A stretch of DNA of 64,000 nucleotides, from positions 14,112,001 through 14,176,000 of the forward strand of contig CP068257.2 of assembly GCA_009914755.4 (NCBI GenBank), in the 5' to 3' direction. The notes beneath the pieces are model-generated. The model worked only from the letters and a program-made list of their open reading frames with translations, searched no databases and was not told the DNA's origin. The translations under genes were made by a program, and so were the position numbers. The stretch comes from the human T2T-CHM13v2.0 reference genome, Homo sapiens. Shown piece after piece: positions 24,401 to 40,199 of the stretch (the first letter of the stretch is position 1; each line of letters opens with the position of its first letter).

Positions 24401-27093
24401 AGATTATAGATGATCTGGAAAAGTAAGAAATATGACACAGATTAGTTTCCTGGGCTACAAGGTTGTGGCTGCAGGTGACTGATGAACAGCAGCAGTGTAA
24501 CTTGAAAAAGTATCAGCAACAGTGAGGTACCACTGATATCCCCAGGAAGAGGGATCAACTGGTCGATGTAGTCAGGCTGTCCGTGTGGCAGGAGCCACAC
24601 CCCATGCAATGTGGGCTCTCCTACGGCCAGATACACAGGTCAACTTTTGGTAGGAATCACATGTCTGACAAGTAGTGGTAGCTTCTGTGTTAGAAACGTA
24701 GAGTTCCTTAATTTGTACTCTGTATACGATTGTGGATGTGATTCCATTTTGGGTATTGTGATTGTGGCAGTGGTGGTGATCTGGGTTGTGCAAGTTTGAT
24801 CAAAAGCTTTATTCTGTTCATCTCATTGAAGAACACATTAGAGCACTCATCCATCACAATGGCTAAAATTAAAAAGACTGATGGGAAGTGATGTCAGCAA
24901 GATCGCCAACTAGAGTTGCTTGGCTATCATTTCCCTCACAAAAAAGGAACCAAAACAACGAATAAGTTTATTTTGTCTGGAGTGACTGAGGAAATGCCCT
25001 GGAGAGTACCAAGAGAACAGCAAAGTCCCTGTGGAGCATAGAGTCAAGAATAGCTCCACAGGGAGGAGACCAAAGTATCCTGCCTCTGCCATACTGTCTC
25101 CCCTGCGAGGATTGAATCAAAGCCAGGGGGTTCCTCTTCTTATAGGAAGAAGGTAAGCGGAGAATCATCAGTCCTCATCACCACCACAGGTGCCAGCAGT
25201 CACTGCTACAAGAGAGTTCCCCAGTCCTCACAGGTCCCAAGTCCAGCATGAACAGTTGCTGAAAGTGCATGTGGCTACATTCCCCCACAGCAGGAACCTC
25301 TTTGACACCCTGCACCCCTGCAATCCAAGCAGCTAAGGGATGACACAACTGTGAAACCAAGCCCACATCTGGAGTGCTTCCTGACCTGGAGGCCAGTAGC
25401 CACCCTGTATCCCAGAGGCATTGCCCTCATTCCACAAAGTTCACACAAGTGCCTCTAGCACTAATACCTTGGCTACTTGGAGCCTAGGCTCAAAGGCACA
25501 ACTGGGGCCCTGATACCTAAACCCACAAGGCTCCCTATTACCCAGGGAAGCAGGTGGGCCTGCATGGCCGGGCAGCCCCATGCGGCCACCAGGCTAGTGT
25601 ACATCTGTCCCTGGCTCTAGCTGGCCTGGAGGTGGCCCCACCCCAAGGGAGAGAGTAGTATACAGCCAGTGGGCCTGTGTGAACTTGCTCCCAGCTTGAA
25701 TAGCTGGCCCAGAGGTTGTCTGCCTGTACCACTGGAGGATTGTGCACAGCTGCCGGGCCACAATTTCCTGCCTTTAGTCCAATAGCTGGTTTGGAGGCAC
25801 TCTTTCCGCAGCTCAACCCTACATCACCAGAGTCATGCACAGCCTCCAGACCTGTGTGCATCCACCCCTGGCCTGATAGCCAGCCCAGCAGTAACCCTGC
25901 TGCCATTCAGGAGAGACAGTCGTACAACCTTTCTGGCCTGCTGCATCAGCATGTGCCTGACCAGCAACCAGCTTGGTGCCAACTCCAGAAAAACCATGCC
26001 ACCACAGTCATGGGCTTCTGCATACTAAGTCACTGAGATAATCACGGACATCGCAGGTGAGGATTCCAGCTGAATAATCTGTTTGGACACCACAATACTG
26101 AGTCCACCCTGAACCAAAGCCACCACACGCCATTTCCAATCAGCACCCTAGGACCCATCAACAGGAAAAAACCTCTTCCTATGAAAGCTGCTCGTTAAAA
26201 TTGGAAAAAGCAATTGTCCATTACATGCACAGGTACCAACATAGAGACAGAAGAATCATGAAAAAGCAAGGAAACGTGTCACCCCCAAACCTGGCACCAC
26301 AATGCATCTTTAGTAATGGAATCCAAAGAAAAGAATATTTATGAAATGCATGAAAAATAATTCAAAATAATGACATTAAAGAAACTTTTGAGTTGTAAGA
26401 GAATACAACAATTTAACGAAATTAATAAATTCATTAGCTGAGTGAGAAATTGAACAAAGATAGATATTATGGAAAGGAACAAAACAGGAATCTTGGAGCT
26501 TGAGGAATTAAGTGAATGAAATTAAAAAAAATACAATTGAGAGCCACAGTAACAGACTAGAACATGCAGAATAATACATTTCTGAACTTGAAGACAGATC
26601 GTTTGAAATAACCCATTCAGAGGAAGAAAAAAAAAAAAGAATAACAAAGTATGAAGAAAGCCCATAGGACTTATCAGACACCATTAAGCAAACCTATATT
26701 CATATTATGGGAGTGCCAGAGAAAGAATAAGTGAAGAGAGGCATAGACCACCCATTTGGTTAAATAGATTGCCTGTGTCCTTCTGCACTTCTTGGAAGGA
26801 AGTCTTGGAAGTTATGGACATCTAGGAATGAAAAGATCCCCAATAAAATTCAGCCCCTCAAAATCCTCTCAAAGGTACACAATTCTAAAAGCTGTAAGAC
26901 AAAAACATTACGTCACATATATGGGAATTCCCATTAGACTGTCAGTACATTTCTCAGCAGAGACTGCACAAGACAGGAGAGAGTGGGATGACATATTCAC
27001 AGTGCTGGGAAAAAATAAAAATAAAATATAAAAATAAAAACTGTCAGCAGAGAATATATCCGGCAGTGCTATCCTTAAGAAATGAAAAAGAAG

Positions 27094-27449
<356 letters not shown>

Positions 27450-27683
27450 TCATCACCACTGGACTGGTCCTACAAAAACACTTAGAGGAAATAATAGGAA
27501 ATGAAAGAATGATTAATACCATGAAAATATGTGAAAATACAAAACTCATCAATATAGGTAAATCCATAATCATATTCAGAATACCCCAGTGCTGTAATGG
27601 TGCTGTGTAATTCCTTCCGTCCTCTAATATGAAGGTTTAAAGTTAAAAATGTCAGAAATATCAACAGCTACAATTAGTGGCTA

Positions 27684-28094
<411 letters not shown>

Positions 28095-31000
28095 TTAAGT
28101 TGTTATTAGCTTAAAATAGTCTGTTGTAACTGTAAGACTCTTCATGTTAGCTCCATGGTAACCACAAGAAAAATTATAGTAGATAGACAAACAAGAAAGG
28201 AAACAAAGCTTAGCATTATAGAAAACCACCAAACCACAGAAGTAAACAAGAGGGAAAGAATCAAACGAGGAATCTTCATAATATTGAGAAAACAAACTAG
28301 CATGAGTAAATTATTACTTATCAGTAGTAACCTTGAATGTAAGTGGATTAAATTCCCCAATTAAAAAATATAGAGCAGCTGGATGGATTGAAAAAAAAAA
28401 AGACCCAACTGTATGTTGCCTACAAGAGACACACCTCATCATTAAATATAAACATAGACTGAAAGTGAAGGAATGGACAAAGATATCCCATGCAAATTCA
28501 AACCAAAAATGAGCAGAAGCAGCCATACTTGTACTAGATACAATAGACTTTAAGTCAAAAACTGTAAAAAGAGACAAAGTCATTATGTAATAATAAAATA
28601 ATCAATTCACCAAGAAGCAAAACTGTAAATATATAAGCACCGAACACCAGAACATCCAAATATATAAAGCAAATATTATTAGATTTAAAGGGGGAAATAG
28701 ACTCCAGTACAACAATAGTAGGGACTTCAGCATCCCACTTTTAACAGTAGACAAATGATTTAGAAACATGAGACTTAAACTACACCATGGACATTTACAG
28801 AACATGAACAGCCGCAGAATACACATTCTTTTCAACTGTGCATGGAATATTCTCCAGTAAAGATCGTATGTTAGAGATGGTATCAAGTATTTTACCAGAT
28901 CACAACTATATAAAGCTAGAAATCAACAACAAGAAAAACGTTAGAAACCAACAAATACATGGAAGTTAATATGCACCTTAATAACCAATGGGTCAGTGAA
29001 GAAATTAAAAGGGTAATTAGAAAGTTCCCTGGGACAAAGGAGCGTGGAAACACATACAAAAACCTGTGGGACACAGTGAAACCTGTTCTAGAAGTTCATG
29101 GCAATAAATGCCTGCATCAGAAATGAGGAAAGATTTCTAATAAACAGATTAACTGTGCAACTCAGAGAAACCTGAAAAGCAAGAACAAATTAAACCCAAA
29201 ATTGGTAGGATGGAAATAATAAAGCTTAGAGCAGAAGTAAACAAATAGAGACTAAAAGAGCAATTCAAAAGATCAGTGAAATTTTTTTGAGAAGATAAAC
29301 AGAATCAACAAACCTTTAGCTAGACTAAGAAAAAAGGAAAAAAAAAAAGACTCGAATAAATAAAACCAGACATGAAAAATGAAACATTACAAATGTATCA
29401 CAGAATTGGAGGATCACAAGAGACTATTATGAACAACTGTATACCAACAAATTCTAGAATATAGGAAAAATGGATAAATTCTTGAACACACACAACCTAC
29501 CAAGATTAAATTGAGAAGAAATGGAAAAAATAAGCAGACCACAACGAGTGGGAGAATTGAATAACTGCTAAAGCCTGACATAAAGATCCCTAGTTTCTGA
29601 TGGCTACATTGCTGAAGTGTGTCAAACATTTAAGGAACAACTAATATTAATTCTCAAACTATTCCAGAAAATTAAAGAGGAGGGAATACTTCCAAACTCA
29701 TTTTATGAGGCCAGCATTACCCTGATTCAAAAACTAGACAAGGACACAACAAAAAGAAACAGGCCAATATCCCTGATCAACCTAGATGCAGAAATTCTCA
29801 ACAAGATTCTAGCACGTCCGATTCAACGGCATATTAAAAACATCATCCACTATGATCGAGATTCATCCCAGAGATGGAGGGATGGTTCAACATACACAAA
29901 TCAATAAATGCGATACATCACAGTAACAAAGAGAACGGAAACCATATAATTTCAGTAGATACAGAAAAAAGCACATTACAAAGTTTAACATCCCTTCATG
30001 ATAAAAACTCTCAAAATAGATATAGAAAGTATGTACCTCAACACGGTAAAGACCATAGTTGAGAAACCCACAGCTAGTAGTATACTGAATGCAGAAAAAA
30101 ATGAAAGCTTTTCCACTAAGATCAAGAACCTAACAAAGATGCCCACTTCCACCAATCCTATTCAACATAGTACTGGAAGTCTTAGAGCAGTTAGGCAGGG
30201 GAAAGAAATAAAAGACATCAAAATTGGAAAGGAGAAAGTAAAATTGTCTCTGTTTCCAGATGATATGATCTTAAATATAGAAAGCCCTAAAGAGTTCACC
30301 AAAAAACTGCTACAACTCATAAGTGAATTCAGTAAAAGTGTAGGACACAAAATTAACACACAAAAATCAGCACTTCTATATGCTAACGGTGAGTTATTTG
30401 AAAAAATAAGAAAACAATTTCATTTACAAGAGCTACAAAAAATCTAGATACCTAAGAATAAACTTAACCAAAGAGATAAAAGATCTCTACACTGAAAGCT
30501 ATAAAACATTGAGGAAAGAAATATAAGACACAAACAAATGGAAGTAGATCGTATGTTCATGGATTAGAAGAATTAATGTTAAAATGGCCATACTACCTGA
30601 AGTCATCTCCAGACTTACTGCAGTCCATGTAAAAATTCCAGTGACCCTTCAGAGAATTAGAAAAGACAATCCCAAAAATTCATGTGGAACCACAAGAGAG
30701 CCCAAATAGCCAAAGCAAGCCTGAACAAAAGGAACAAAAGGTAGAGGCATCACTACTTGACTTCCAAATGTACTGCTAGAATATAGTAACCAAAACAATG
30801 ATATTGGTGTAAAAAACAGACACATAGACCAGTGGAACAAAATAGAGAGCCCAGAAATGGACACACCTACAGCCAACTGATTTTTGACAAAAACTGTTAA
30901 CTGGAGTAAATCTAAGAAATGTACAAGAACTTCCAGGAAGAAAATGATTAAATATCATTAAGACACATTAAAGAATACATAAATATTTTGAAACATTCGC

Positions 31001-31099
31001 TGTTTCATGAATTGGAAGACCATTGTTAAACTGGTCGGTTCTTCTTAAATTGATTTATGGGTTTAGTTTGATCCCAATTAAAAATACCGTTAGTTTTGT

Positions 31100-31720
31100 T
31101 TTTGCTTTTTTAGGAAATCAAATGAGATGTTTCATTACCCGCCGCCCCCTTTTTTTTTCTTTGTAGTTGATCTATACAGCTTAAAGTGTATGCATGTTTC
31201 TCAGTGAGTGTAATACTTCCCAAAAAGGGGCTTAGGTGAGCTATGAAGTGGGATATTTTCAGTATTACTGCTATAGGCAATTTAACAACACAAAAACAAT
31301 AAAATAATAACACCCCCTCACCCCCCCCCCAAGTAAAACCACCGTGTAATAAAATTTAATGGAAACATGATGATCTACCATATGTAAATGCTTTAAACAT
31401 TTAGCGTAGTGTGTGGAAGGAAAAGACGCAGCAAAACATTTTGTCGTCTTTTTATATTGCTTACTACCAAGGTCATGACCAATTTTGAGAAGATAAAGCA
31501 AGGTGATAGGTCAGACTCGTTTTTGGTATGTGGCTTGCGAGTTTACCCTTCAAACATTTTGTTATAGGCTATCTCTGAAATTTGCCTTTTTTTTTTCTCC
31601 TCTACCAGCTGGTAATACCTGGATTTTAGCCACTGCATGTCTTATACTTAAGAGCTTGGGTAGTATCATTGGAAAGGCCAGGGGAGGAACCCTTATGCAG
31701 GATTTTGCTTTATAAAAAGT
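31100..31720. other. Unclassified 0.6 kb block with C-homopolymers and retained CpGs, directly 3' of the truncated L1
   Basis: cattacccgccgccccctttttttttc ... caccccctcaccccccccccaagtaaaaccaccgtgtaat ... gaaaagacgcagcaaaacattttgtcgtc ... tcagactcgtttttggtatgtggcttgcgagtttaccc. I do not recognise it as Alu, L1, MaLR or MIR. Confidence 0.4.
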
Positions 31721-34068
31721 TTGGATTTATGGTGCCAGTACTAGATTATAGAAGGGGATCAGGTGGAGCAATAGAGCAGTATTGGAGCTAGAGATTGGCT
31801 TTTGCAATCAGTCAGTCAATCAATAACCAAGAAGTAGCAGCATTTAATATCTTCATCATCCATTTACTTTAAAAACGTGTTTATCACTCATTTATAATGT
31901 TTGCTCTAGAGGTAAAGCAAATTCTTGTTTCTACTTTTCAGACACTGATTGGAGACACTGGTTGATATTTTTGGCACAGTGTTAAGTGTGTTTATTAAGT
32001 TCTTTAGGAACCAAGAGGAGATGGTAGGAGGAGACCTACTGAGGCATGCTGTAAAATTCTGGTGATAAAATATGTTTAAATTAAGAGGGTCAGGAAATCA
32101 TGGCATTCCCCTTTCACCTACATGCTTTTTTTTTGCACCACAATTCTACCATGTGGTATGGTTAAGGTGTATTGTGATAAACCCATTTCTTTAAAACCCA
32201 TACTTTTGTTAACAGTGAATGACAATATCTACCATATGACTGAATTGAGCTACTTGGGAAATGGCTATTATTTTTAAATCTTAGGTGACTTTGAGGAGCA
32301 ATCATCAATTACATGTATCTCTTGAACTTTAATCAAAGTTGTTACACTTTGTGCCTCATTTGATCTCTGCAAAGAAAGTTATATAGGAGTGCTGGGAAGA
32401 TGTTGTCTTGGTTCGTATCCCTAACTTTCTTGCCCTTCCAACTTCCTTTTTGGAATGGTGTGACAAATGGTTCAGGCTTTACTTGCTCCTAGAAAGTACA
32501 TTTGAGGCCACACATTCTTGCAAGTCCTGTGTGGGGAGAGAGAAGGCAAAGGAACTAAAAAGCTTACATTATCTCAGTATATCAATGTGATGTTTACATT
32601 AAATATTTTGTATGTAAACATGCCAATCAAGTGGTGTATATTTTTTGGTAGAGCAGAAGACGGGCGTAAAGGAATTGACTATACTTAAAACATTTCAAAA
32701 GACCTTCCTGGGGTTTAGTAATCTTAGCCCAGATCTGGAATGTGAAAAATGTACTTAGGGTGTATTGTGCAGAAATCAGATGTCCTCAAGTTTTCTGTAG
32801 CTGATGTATGTATGAACCATTTCCTGCTTATTGTGATATGTGTGATCTGCTCTGTTGACATTATTAAGAAGGATTTGTTTCTTGTTATAATTAGTAGTTA
32901 AATATAACGACAGATGTTCATATGCTATAGATTCAGGATTACGTCTGGTTCTTTTAGACTTTTGAGCAGTTTATATTTTAGAATATGCTGTAGAATCCTC
33001 TTTTTACATATTGTCTGTCTGCACTGGTACTAGTCAATTGCTGGGTACCTCTTCTATCTCTTATATAGGATCACTGGTACTATTTGTTTTATGGTATCGT
33101 TTTTATCTGCCTTTCCCAGAACTTATTCCATGTTTTAGTCTATTTATTTCTGACTACCAAGATACAAATAAGTTTGCTGTATCTCAACGTCTAAATATAC
33201 ATATATATTACAAAAGGAACAAAATTTTCAAATGAGAATACTGCCATTTATAAAAGTCAATAAAAAGTTAAATATCCCCTCTATATAGGGCAGTCTTTTG
33301 TATTACAGTTACTTTTTATATACTGTGCATTAACCTTTCTTTTTTGAGCATAAACCAGTCTTGAACAAATTCAGTTTGTTCAGGTTATTATTATTCTGCT
33401 GAACTGCAAAATTTAACTGTTAGAAGGTCTTTAGGACCTCCTGGGTCTCCAATAGGAGAGTCAAGTTGACTGTCTTTCTATCTCTCCCTTGTATTCTTGA
33501 AAACTTGCTTTCTGGTAACAGTAGAATGTTCTAGATATTCTTTGGTTTTCCTCTGCCCCAGTTCATCTAACTAAATGTCTTTCAAGGAGTTCTATGTCTT
33601 TTCGTGAAACAAGCCTAGAGTCTGGGGTTGCCTGTGGGAGTTGGTTTTTGGGCAGAGAGTAGTGCTGGCCAGTCGGGTCACTCTTAAGTGTGACAGAAGT
33701 AGAAACTGTTTACTTTTCACTATATGAGTTTACATTTTAACATATCATGTTGTTACCAGTTTTTCAAAAATGTGTGTTTTATTGATTCCCAAAGACTGAC
33801 TTCTGTATTCACATGGATATTTTAGATTTCCTTGTATCTAATGTCTTGTGGTAAATATTGCTGTTAAGGATAAAATAATAATATTTTGACATTAATCTGA
33901 TAGGATAAAATCTTTAGGATAAAAATGGTGTGAAATGAATGAGATTTTCTTGATAAACCAAAAAGTTGAAAAAAACTAATCTTTACTCAGGTTCTGGTAA
34001 TTAACACAAAGTGGTTAAGATACCTGAATGTTATTTATGCTGATTTAGAATAATAAGTAACAAGTTTC

Positions 34069-34085
34069 TTTTTTTTTTTTTTTTT
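34069..34085. repeat. Poly-T tract (T17)
   Basis: Direct reading. Confidence 0.9.
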
Positions 34086-34919
34086 GGCTGAAGCCAAGTA
34101 GCAAGTAACACATTTCTTGAGCAGGCAAAATGCTTGGTTAGATCCTATGTGGGAACCAGGGTTTTCCAGTTATGATTATACTTATGTTGTTGCATGCTCA
34201 GGAGCAAGAAACATCATTAAAGTAGCATTACTTTTGCCATGTTTAGATATACTTAAGATATTCATAGGTGAGTTTATTTTGGAAAGGTTAACTATCTTTT
34301 GTTATTCTAATATGTATTCTAATATTTATTTCATTAAATTTTCCCAAAGGCAAACTTTTGGGCAAGGCAGTGAACATACAGGTTTTCTTTTCCTTTACTT
34401 GGCTCTCATAGAGGCATAGATCTCAAGAATTGAAAGGAATCATAAAGTTTAACTCACTGAACTTTTTTTTTGTAGAAGAAGAACTAAGTGGTCGGTGATA
34501 AAAGTGCAACTTGTTCAGTTTTTAATGTTTTCTTGATTCAGAGTAATTGTTATAAAAAGTGGTCATCATGTTATATTGTAAATATGTACTTTAATTGTTA
34601 TTTCTCAGAAAATTCATCTAGATGGTATATTCCTGGTACTAATATCTAATTTGTTGAAATGTGATTTATTGTACTTTCTATTATATAAAACTGCCATTTT
34701 ATGTTTGAAATTTCATTTTTCTTAGGAAAAAAGACTATACTTCTCTATGTATTAGCATTGACACTGCTAAAACGTGTATTTGAGTAAAGTTAGTATTAAA
34801 TATTATTTCTTCAAATACATTATTGAAATCTTATGTAATGAAAATGCTTTTAGAATGTGTGATATGCCTGGGATATATACCATTATATAATGCTGCATTT
34901 TTTTCCACCATTGATTAAG

Positions 34920-35082
34920 AGTTCTTGAAGCCAGCATAGCAGAGAATAAAGCATGTTTGAAGAGGACACCTACAGAAGTTTGGAGGGATTCTCGAAACCC
35001 TTATGATAGAAAAAGACAGGACAAAGCTCCCGTTGGGCTAAAGAATGTTGGCAATACTTGTTGGTTTAGTGCTGTTATTCAG
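34920..35082 (+). CDS. USP25: USP25 coding exon 5 (completes Arg131, aa 132-185; [54 protein letters not shown]). Contains the USP Cys box with catalytic Cys178 (TGT at 35059-35061). 163 nt
   Basis: Acceptor ccattgattaAG|A (AG at 34918-34919). Donor CAG|GTaagg (GT at 35083-35084). The GxxNxGNTCWxxSxxQ Cys-box motif of USP-family proteases is present. Confidence 0.93.
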
Positions 35083-38000
35083 GTAAGGATTTTTCTTTAT
35101 TCAGTTCTTATTTGATGTGTGTGATAGCAATGGAAAGTGAGTTGGTTGTGTTTAAGTTGTGTACTTTAAAGATAAGTACAGATAAGTTTTTAATATACTA
35201 TTTTGTCTAATAAACTAGCTTGGGGATTGAAGTATCCTCCCATCCCTCTTTGTTTTTCATTTCTAGTATGTATTTTTTAACAGTAGATCACTACTTATGC
35301 CTTTCACTTATTTGGAATCAATTTATCCTTTCCTTCTGCTTTTAGGAATTGTTGGGGTGGAAAGAGTTTTGTATATATTTCCCTGCAAATTTATGGAAGC
35401 ATTGTAACCAAGTTTGAAACTAGAACTGGCTTTCTGTGGGTCAGATCAGATTTATTTGTATATACTAGACAGTGTTATTTATAGAATTATAGACACTTAG
35501 TATTTTTAATAAGCATTTTGTTTGAGGTTGGTATAGATTTGCAAATCTGAGTTTGCATGTGAAATGATGTGATGAATAAATATTGATAAATCAAGAATAA
35601 CACATTGTCTTTTTTTACTAAGAAATCCCTTAATGATACATTTCTTGATCTGCTTATTCTAAAATAAGAGACATATGTATGTGTAGATATCCCTCTTTTC
35701 AATTTGGAACAGTTTTCTTTTACGTGTTTAACAACTGTTATCAAAATTCTTTATCATTCTCGGTTGACATTGATAATGTTATCCATCAGATTGCAAAACT
35801 TTAAAACAATTTATGAATAATATGTCCTTAATTTTTATTACTCCTTAGGAAAGTTAACTAATGTTTTGTGTTCGTTTTTGTGTGACAGTTGAATTATAGC
35901 TTATTATTTCATGTTCGTGATGAATGCTTTTTCCTTCATTGGACATGCATGCTATTTTTTGTATTCAAAATATATCTTCATTTTGTAACTTTCCAAACCT
36001 GTGTGTATGACAGCTTAAACTTTCATATGATATTAAGGCAACTAACAGGTTATTTGGTTCATTTTCTACAAGTTAATTGTTTTTGCTAACTTGTAATTTT
36101 AACTTTTTTTTATATACTTCAGTGCTAAAATTTTCACCGTTTTCTCCCTTTTTGCTTCTGGTGCATAATATCATATAATTTGATTTTCTTTGTTTTTCTG
36201 GATTTACCTCACTTTTTAATATGCTGTGGTGCATCCTAATAAGTAATATGCTATGTTATTGGCTTTCCCAGGACATGAAGATGCTAAGGAATACCTGGAT
36301 TAACATAAATCTATAGTAGTATCTTTGCTTCTAGCCTTGATTATACGTTGTTTACTTACATGCCAAAAAGCAATATCTAAAATATTGATACCTTAGAGAT
36401 TCTTAGATCATCTTAATAGGCTATCTCACTTTACTTGCGCTATCTATTAAGAAGGTTTGTGCATATGATAATTTAGACATAATTTTAAAATATTAAGTAT
36501 AGTTTTAAGGCTCTGAACTGAGTGCTCATGAACATGTTTTGCTGCCTGTGTTTGGTCAAGTAGATGCTATCTCAGCACTATTATGGCAAATACATGAGGG
36601 TCATTGATTAGAAGCTTTTCTTAGAAAGGTATAAGAAGAAAGAAAGTATTTGTAAATAATATTGTTAGAATAGTTGCTTTTTATTTCTCTATCCTGTATG
36701 TGTAGGGAAGTTCTGTTTGAAATGATAAATGCTGATATAGGGATAATGACCTTTTGTTTTAGTAGGATAAAACTTCTTTCAGCAGCTCAGTTTAATCTTG
36801 ATACAGTTACAATCTGTTTCTACCCTAAGTTTGCTAATCTTAGCTTTTCTAGCTTTTCTTTTTAGCTTAGATTTTTTTTTTTAAGAAGGAGGGAATGGGC
36901 TAGAAAAAAATTATCTTTTAAAAAAATGCCTAGCTTATTTAAAAACTAGTAATTGTACTAGTTTTAAAATTTTATCTAAGTTTAGTGGCTGCTTAACTCC
37001 TAACATAGGCAAGTATAAGAGGGCTTGAGTTATTTATTTTTTCTTTTGGTGAAATCTAAACATCTAGGAGAAGTAACCTATAAGCTTAAAAATTCAGGTT
37101 ATAATGGCCTAATAAGATAATGGCTTTTGAGGGAGTAGAAAACACTAAGCATCAGATTGTGGAAAATGATGAGTGGGCAGAAAAATTTGGCTAGAGATCA
37201 CCTGAAGTTTTATTTTTTATGGTAATTTTAAAATCTATCAAACTATTTTAAGTAGCTTTTAACTTTTATCTTTGGTAGAGTCTTCTTAAAAATTTTCTAC
37301 CATTATTGCTTAACTCTAAGCTATAAACTGAGATATAATACTTGGCCATCATAAATTGACTTTTTACTTGTGAATGAAAAGTTGGGCCAAAAATCTACCA
37401 TAGTGTTGGAGGTTTTGTTGTTTTCCACAGTGAGTTGGAACTTACTCAAATTGTGATGTAAATGTACTGTAAAGTTTTGATTACAAAATTTTCTCGGGGA
37501 TGGAATTTACTTAGTAGGACTAATTTGAAACATCTGGGAATTCTTTTTCTTGTAAATATATTGACCAGTTATAGAAGTTTGCTAGTAATATCACCCTTTA
37601 ACTTCAAAGTATATAGCTGGGGTAGGCTACAACAGTTATAGATAGCTTTGCATACTTATTATTTTAGATACTGAGACCAATATTTTGGTAGAAAGGGGGA
37701 ACAGAATGTAAGAAAGGGAATATAAACAAAGAGAAGATTGTACAGATAATGGCTTAAATAATCTTTTGGCTGCTGGCAACATTAGCCTGTCTTTAGGTTA
37801 GACATCAACCCCACAGCTAGTCAGGATTATTTTTGTCCTATTCACTTGGTACTTTTATGTAGAAAGTACTGATTGCAGCTGTTCCCCACTAGGGTGTCAC
37901 TGAATGAGTTAGCTATTTGGAGGTGTATGTTCTTCTCTGTAGCTCTGGGACATGTCGTTGAAGTGGTATGGGTGCTCATGATGATCCTTAGCCCCTTAGC

Positions 38001-40199
38001 ACCTTTCCATTTGGATGCCGAGAAGTAAGGTGCTCATACTTCTCAGTTTGCTTGTCATAGTCCCTTTTACTCCTATTGTAGATCTGTTGGCACCTGTCAC
38101 TTAGTCCTAAAGCCCTGCTGTGTATGATGGTAAAGTATGTGGTTACCTTACTCATAAATCATATAACTGCAGGTTGACTAAAATACAGGCACCCTGAGGG
38201 CAGAGAGCACATTTAGGGTACTCTATATTATATATATAATACAGGGTCTGGCACATTGGAATAGCCCATCAAGTAATTATTGCATGAATGGATGAATGAA
38301 CCAAAAGGGAGCATGTATGGAGTATCTAAAGTAGTACGTGAGGATATTTTAAAAAATGATGCATATTGTCAGAACATTTCAGGATATAATTTAAAATGCT
38401 TATTCATACTCCTTGCTCTTCTCTCTTTAATTTTCATCAAAGAAAAAATCATGTGGCACTAAAATGCTTAAACCTGTCTGCTTCCTAGTCCTGCCCCTTG
38501 AAAGAGACCTGTATCTAATCCATTTCTTCTCTATCTTCATTTTTCTAAATGACATGCCTTCCCACTGAGATAGATGAGGAATTTGCTCTTTCAGTTCACC
38601 TGCCTAGAATTGCCTTTTGTTTCATCTCTCAACATGGTTATAATACAAATTAAAAATAGTAGGTAGTCAGTATTTTCATTTTTTATAACTTTGTAAATGT
38701 TACAGTGATTCACTAGGTCCTCCCATCTATAGTACTTTGTTATCCTGGAGTTGTCAATTGCTACCTTTTTCCCCTATTTTCTATATACTTTAATATTTTC
38801 TAAATGCTTCAACATGTTTGTTATGGTCTTAATAATATATTCTGTATGCCCACACATATTTGCTTCATTTTTTTGTTTGTTTGTTTTTGGAGTTCTGTCC
38901 CATAGACCATTTCTCTGTTTCAAATTTGGGGTGAATTCTGATTCTTTGTGGTTTAAGCATGATCACTCGCTTTCTAAAAGTAAGTCTAGAGAAATGGGAT
39001 TGGTCGATGTGGGTATCAGTTTACATGTTTTTACTTAATCTTGCTGTTTGTAGCTCTCAATCATCTCTCCTTTGTACTGTGACATACAATTTGACTGATT
39101 TTTCTGAACCTGAGTCATTTAAGATCTCCAAAGACTAAATTTCCTATACACCCACAGAGGGGAGGCAATTGTCTGAATGTGCTGGGTCTGGAAAGCACAT
39201 GGGGGTTTAATTGTTCTGTACATAGACTTGTGGTTTCAATAATGCCATCTATTTTTCAATCCCTGCCTCACCATGAAACTTATGTGATACCATGCTAATT
39301 TTTTTTTAATCCTCCGAGGAGAATTTATCACGCTTCTCAGTCTTCTCCACTGTAGGCAGTTTATGTTTCATTTCCTCTGCACTCTTGCCATCACTTCTTT
39401 CTTTTTCACAAATTATTTGAACTCTTATCCCCCATTATGTCTTTGTTATTAGCAAGAATCTAACCAAACTTCATTTTCGTAAGTGCTTTTCAAAATTCAC
39501 ATATTAGCTTTGGACTGAATGAAAGGATGGTTATTTTCAGGTGCATTAATCAAAAACACTCTTCAGGCAGTAAAAGTTACCCTTTCTTACCTCTTTTGAA
39601 GGAATACATTGGACAGTCCTCATATGACTTTGGTGAAGGATATAGGGTCTTTGGGACTTGAAAAACTTAATTTTTATGATTTGTTGTGATAATCAATGGT
39701 GATGAGTTTCACTGAGTAATGGTAGATGAGGTTGTTTTAGACCATCTGCCTTGTGATGTTTTGCTGGATTCCAAAACAGAAATAAAACCAACCTTTTGAG
39801 GGCATCACAGAGTACTAAAGCAGTGAGGAATTTTGAGTAAAGAAGGATAGTCATAGAGTGAGCTTGTTATTTTTGATGGATTTTGTCCTTTAGGCATCTC
39901 CAGAACTGACTGCTGCGTAGTTGAGGAACTAAGAAAATTTTTGCACAAAGTTTGAGCCCTAGTAAAACATCTTAGACTGTGAGTTGGAATTCTAAATGGT
40001 TAGAATGTAGCATTAACTGAGAACTGAAAGTTAAGACAGGCTTCCTAGTTTCTGAATTATATAGTTTTAAGTTATCTCAGAATTTATTGGATTAAGGCGA
40101 CCTGAGACTGTGACTCTAGTCTCCCTGCCTGCCAGAGCAAATGTAAATTCTCTCTTAGAAGATAGTATTATCTGGAACCTTTCCTCAATTTTTCATACA

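Noticed and set aside
29617-30447. ORFs of 96 and 149 aa, considered as possible genes
   Set aside because: The peptides are L1 ORF2 reverse-transcriptase fragments ([18 protein letters not shown]..., [10 protein letters not shown]...). They are part of the L1 at 24880-31095.
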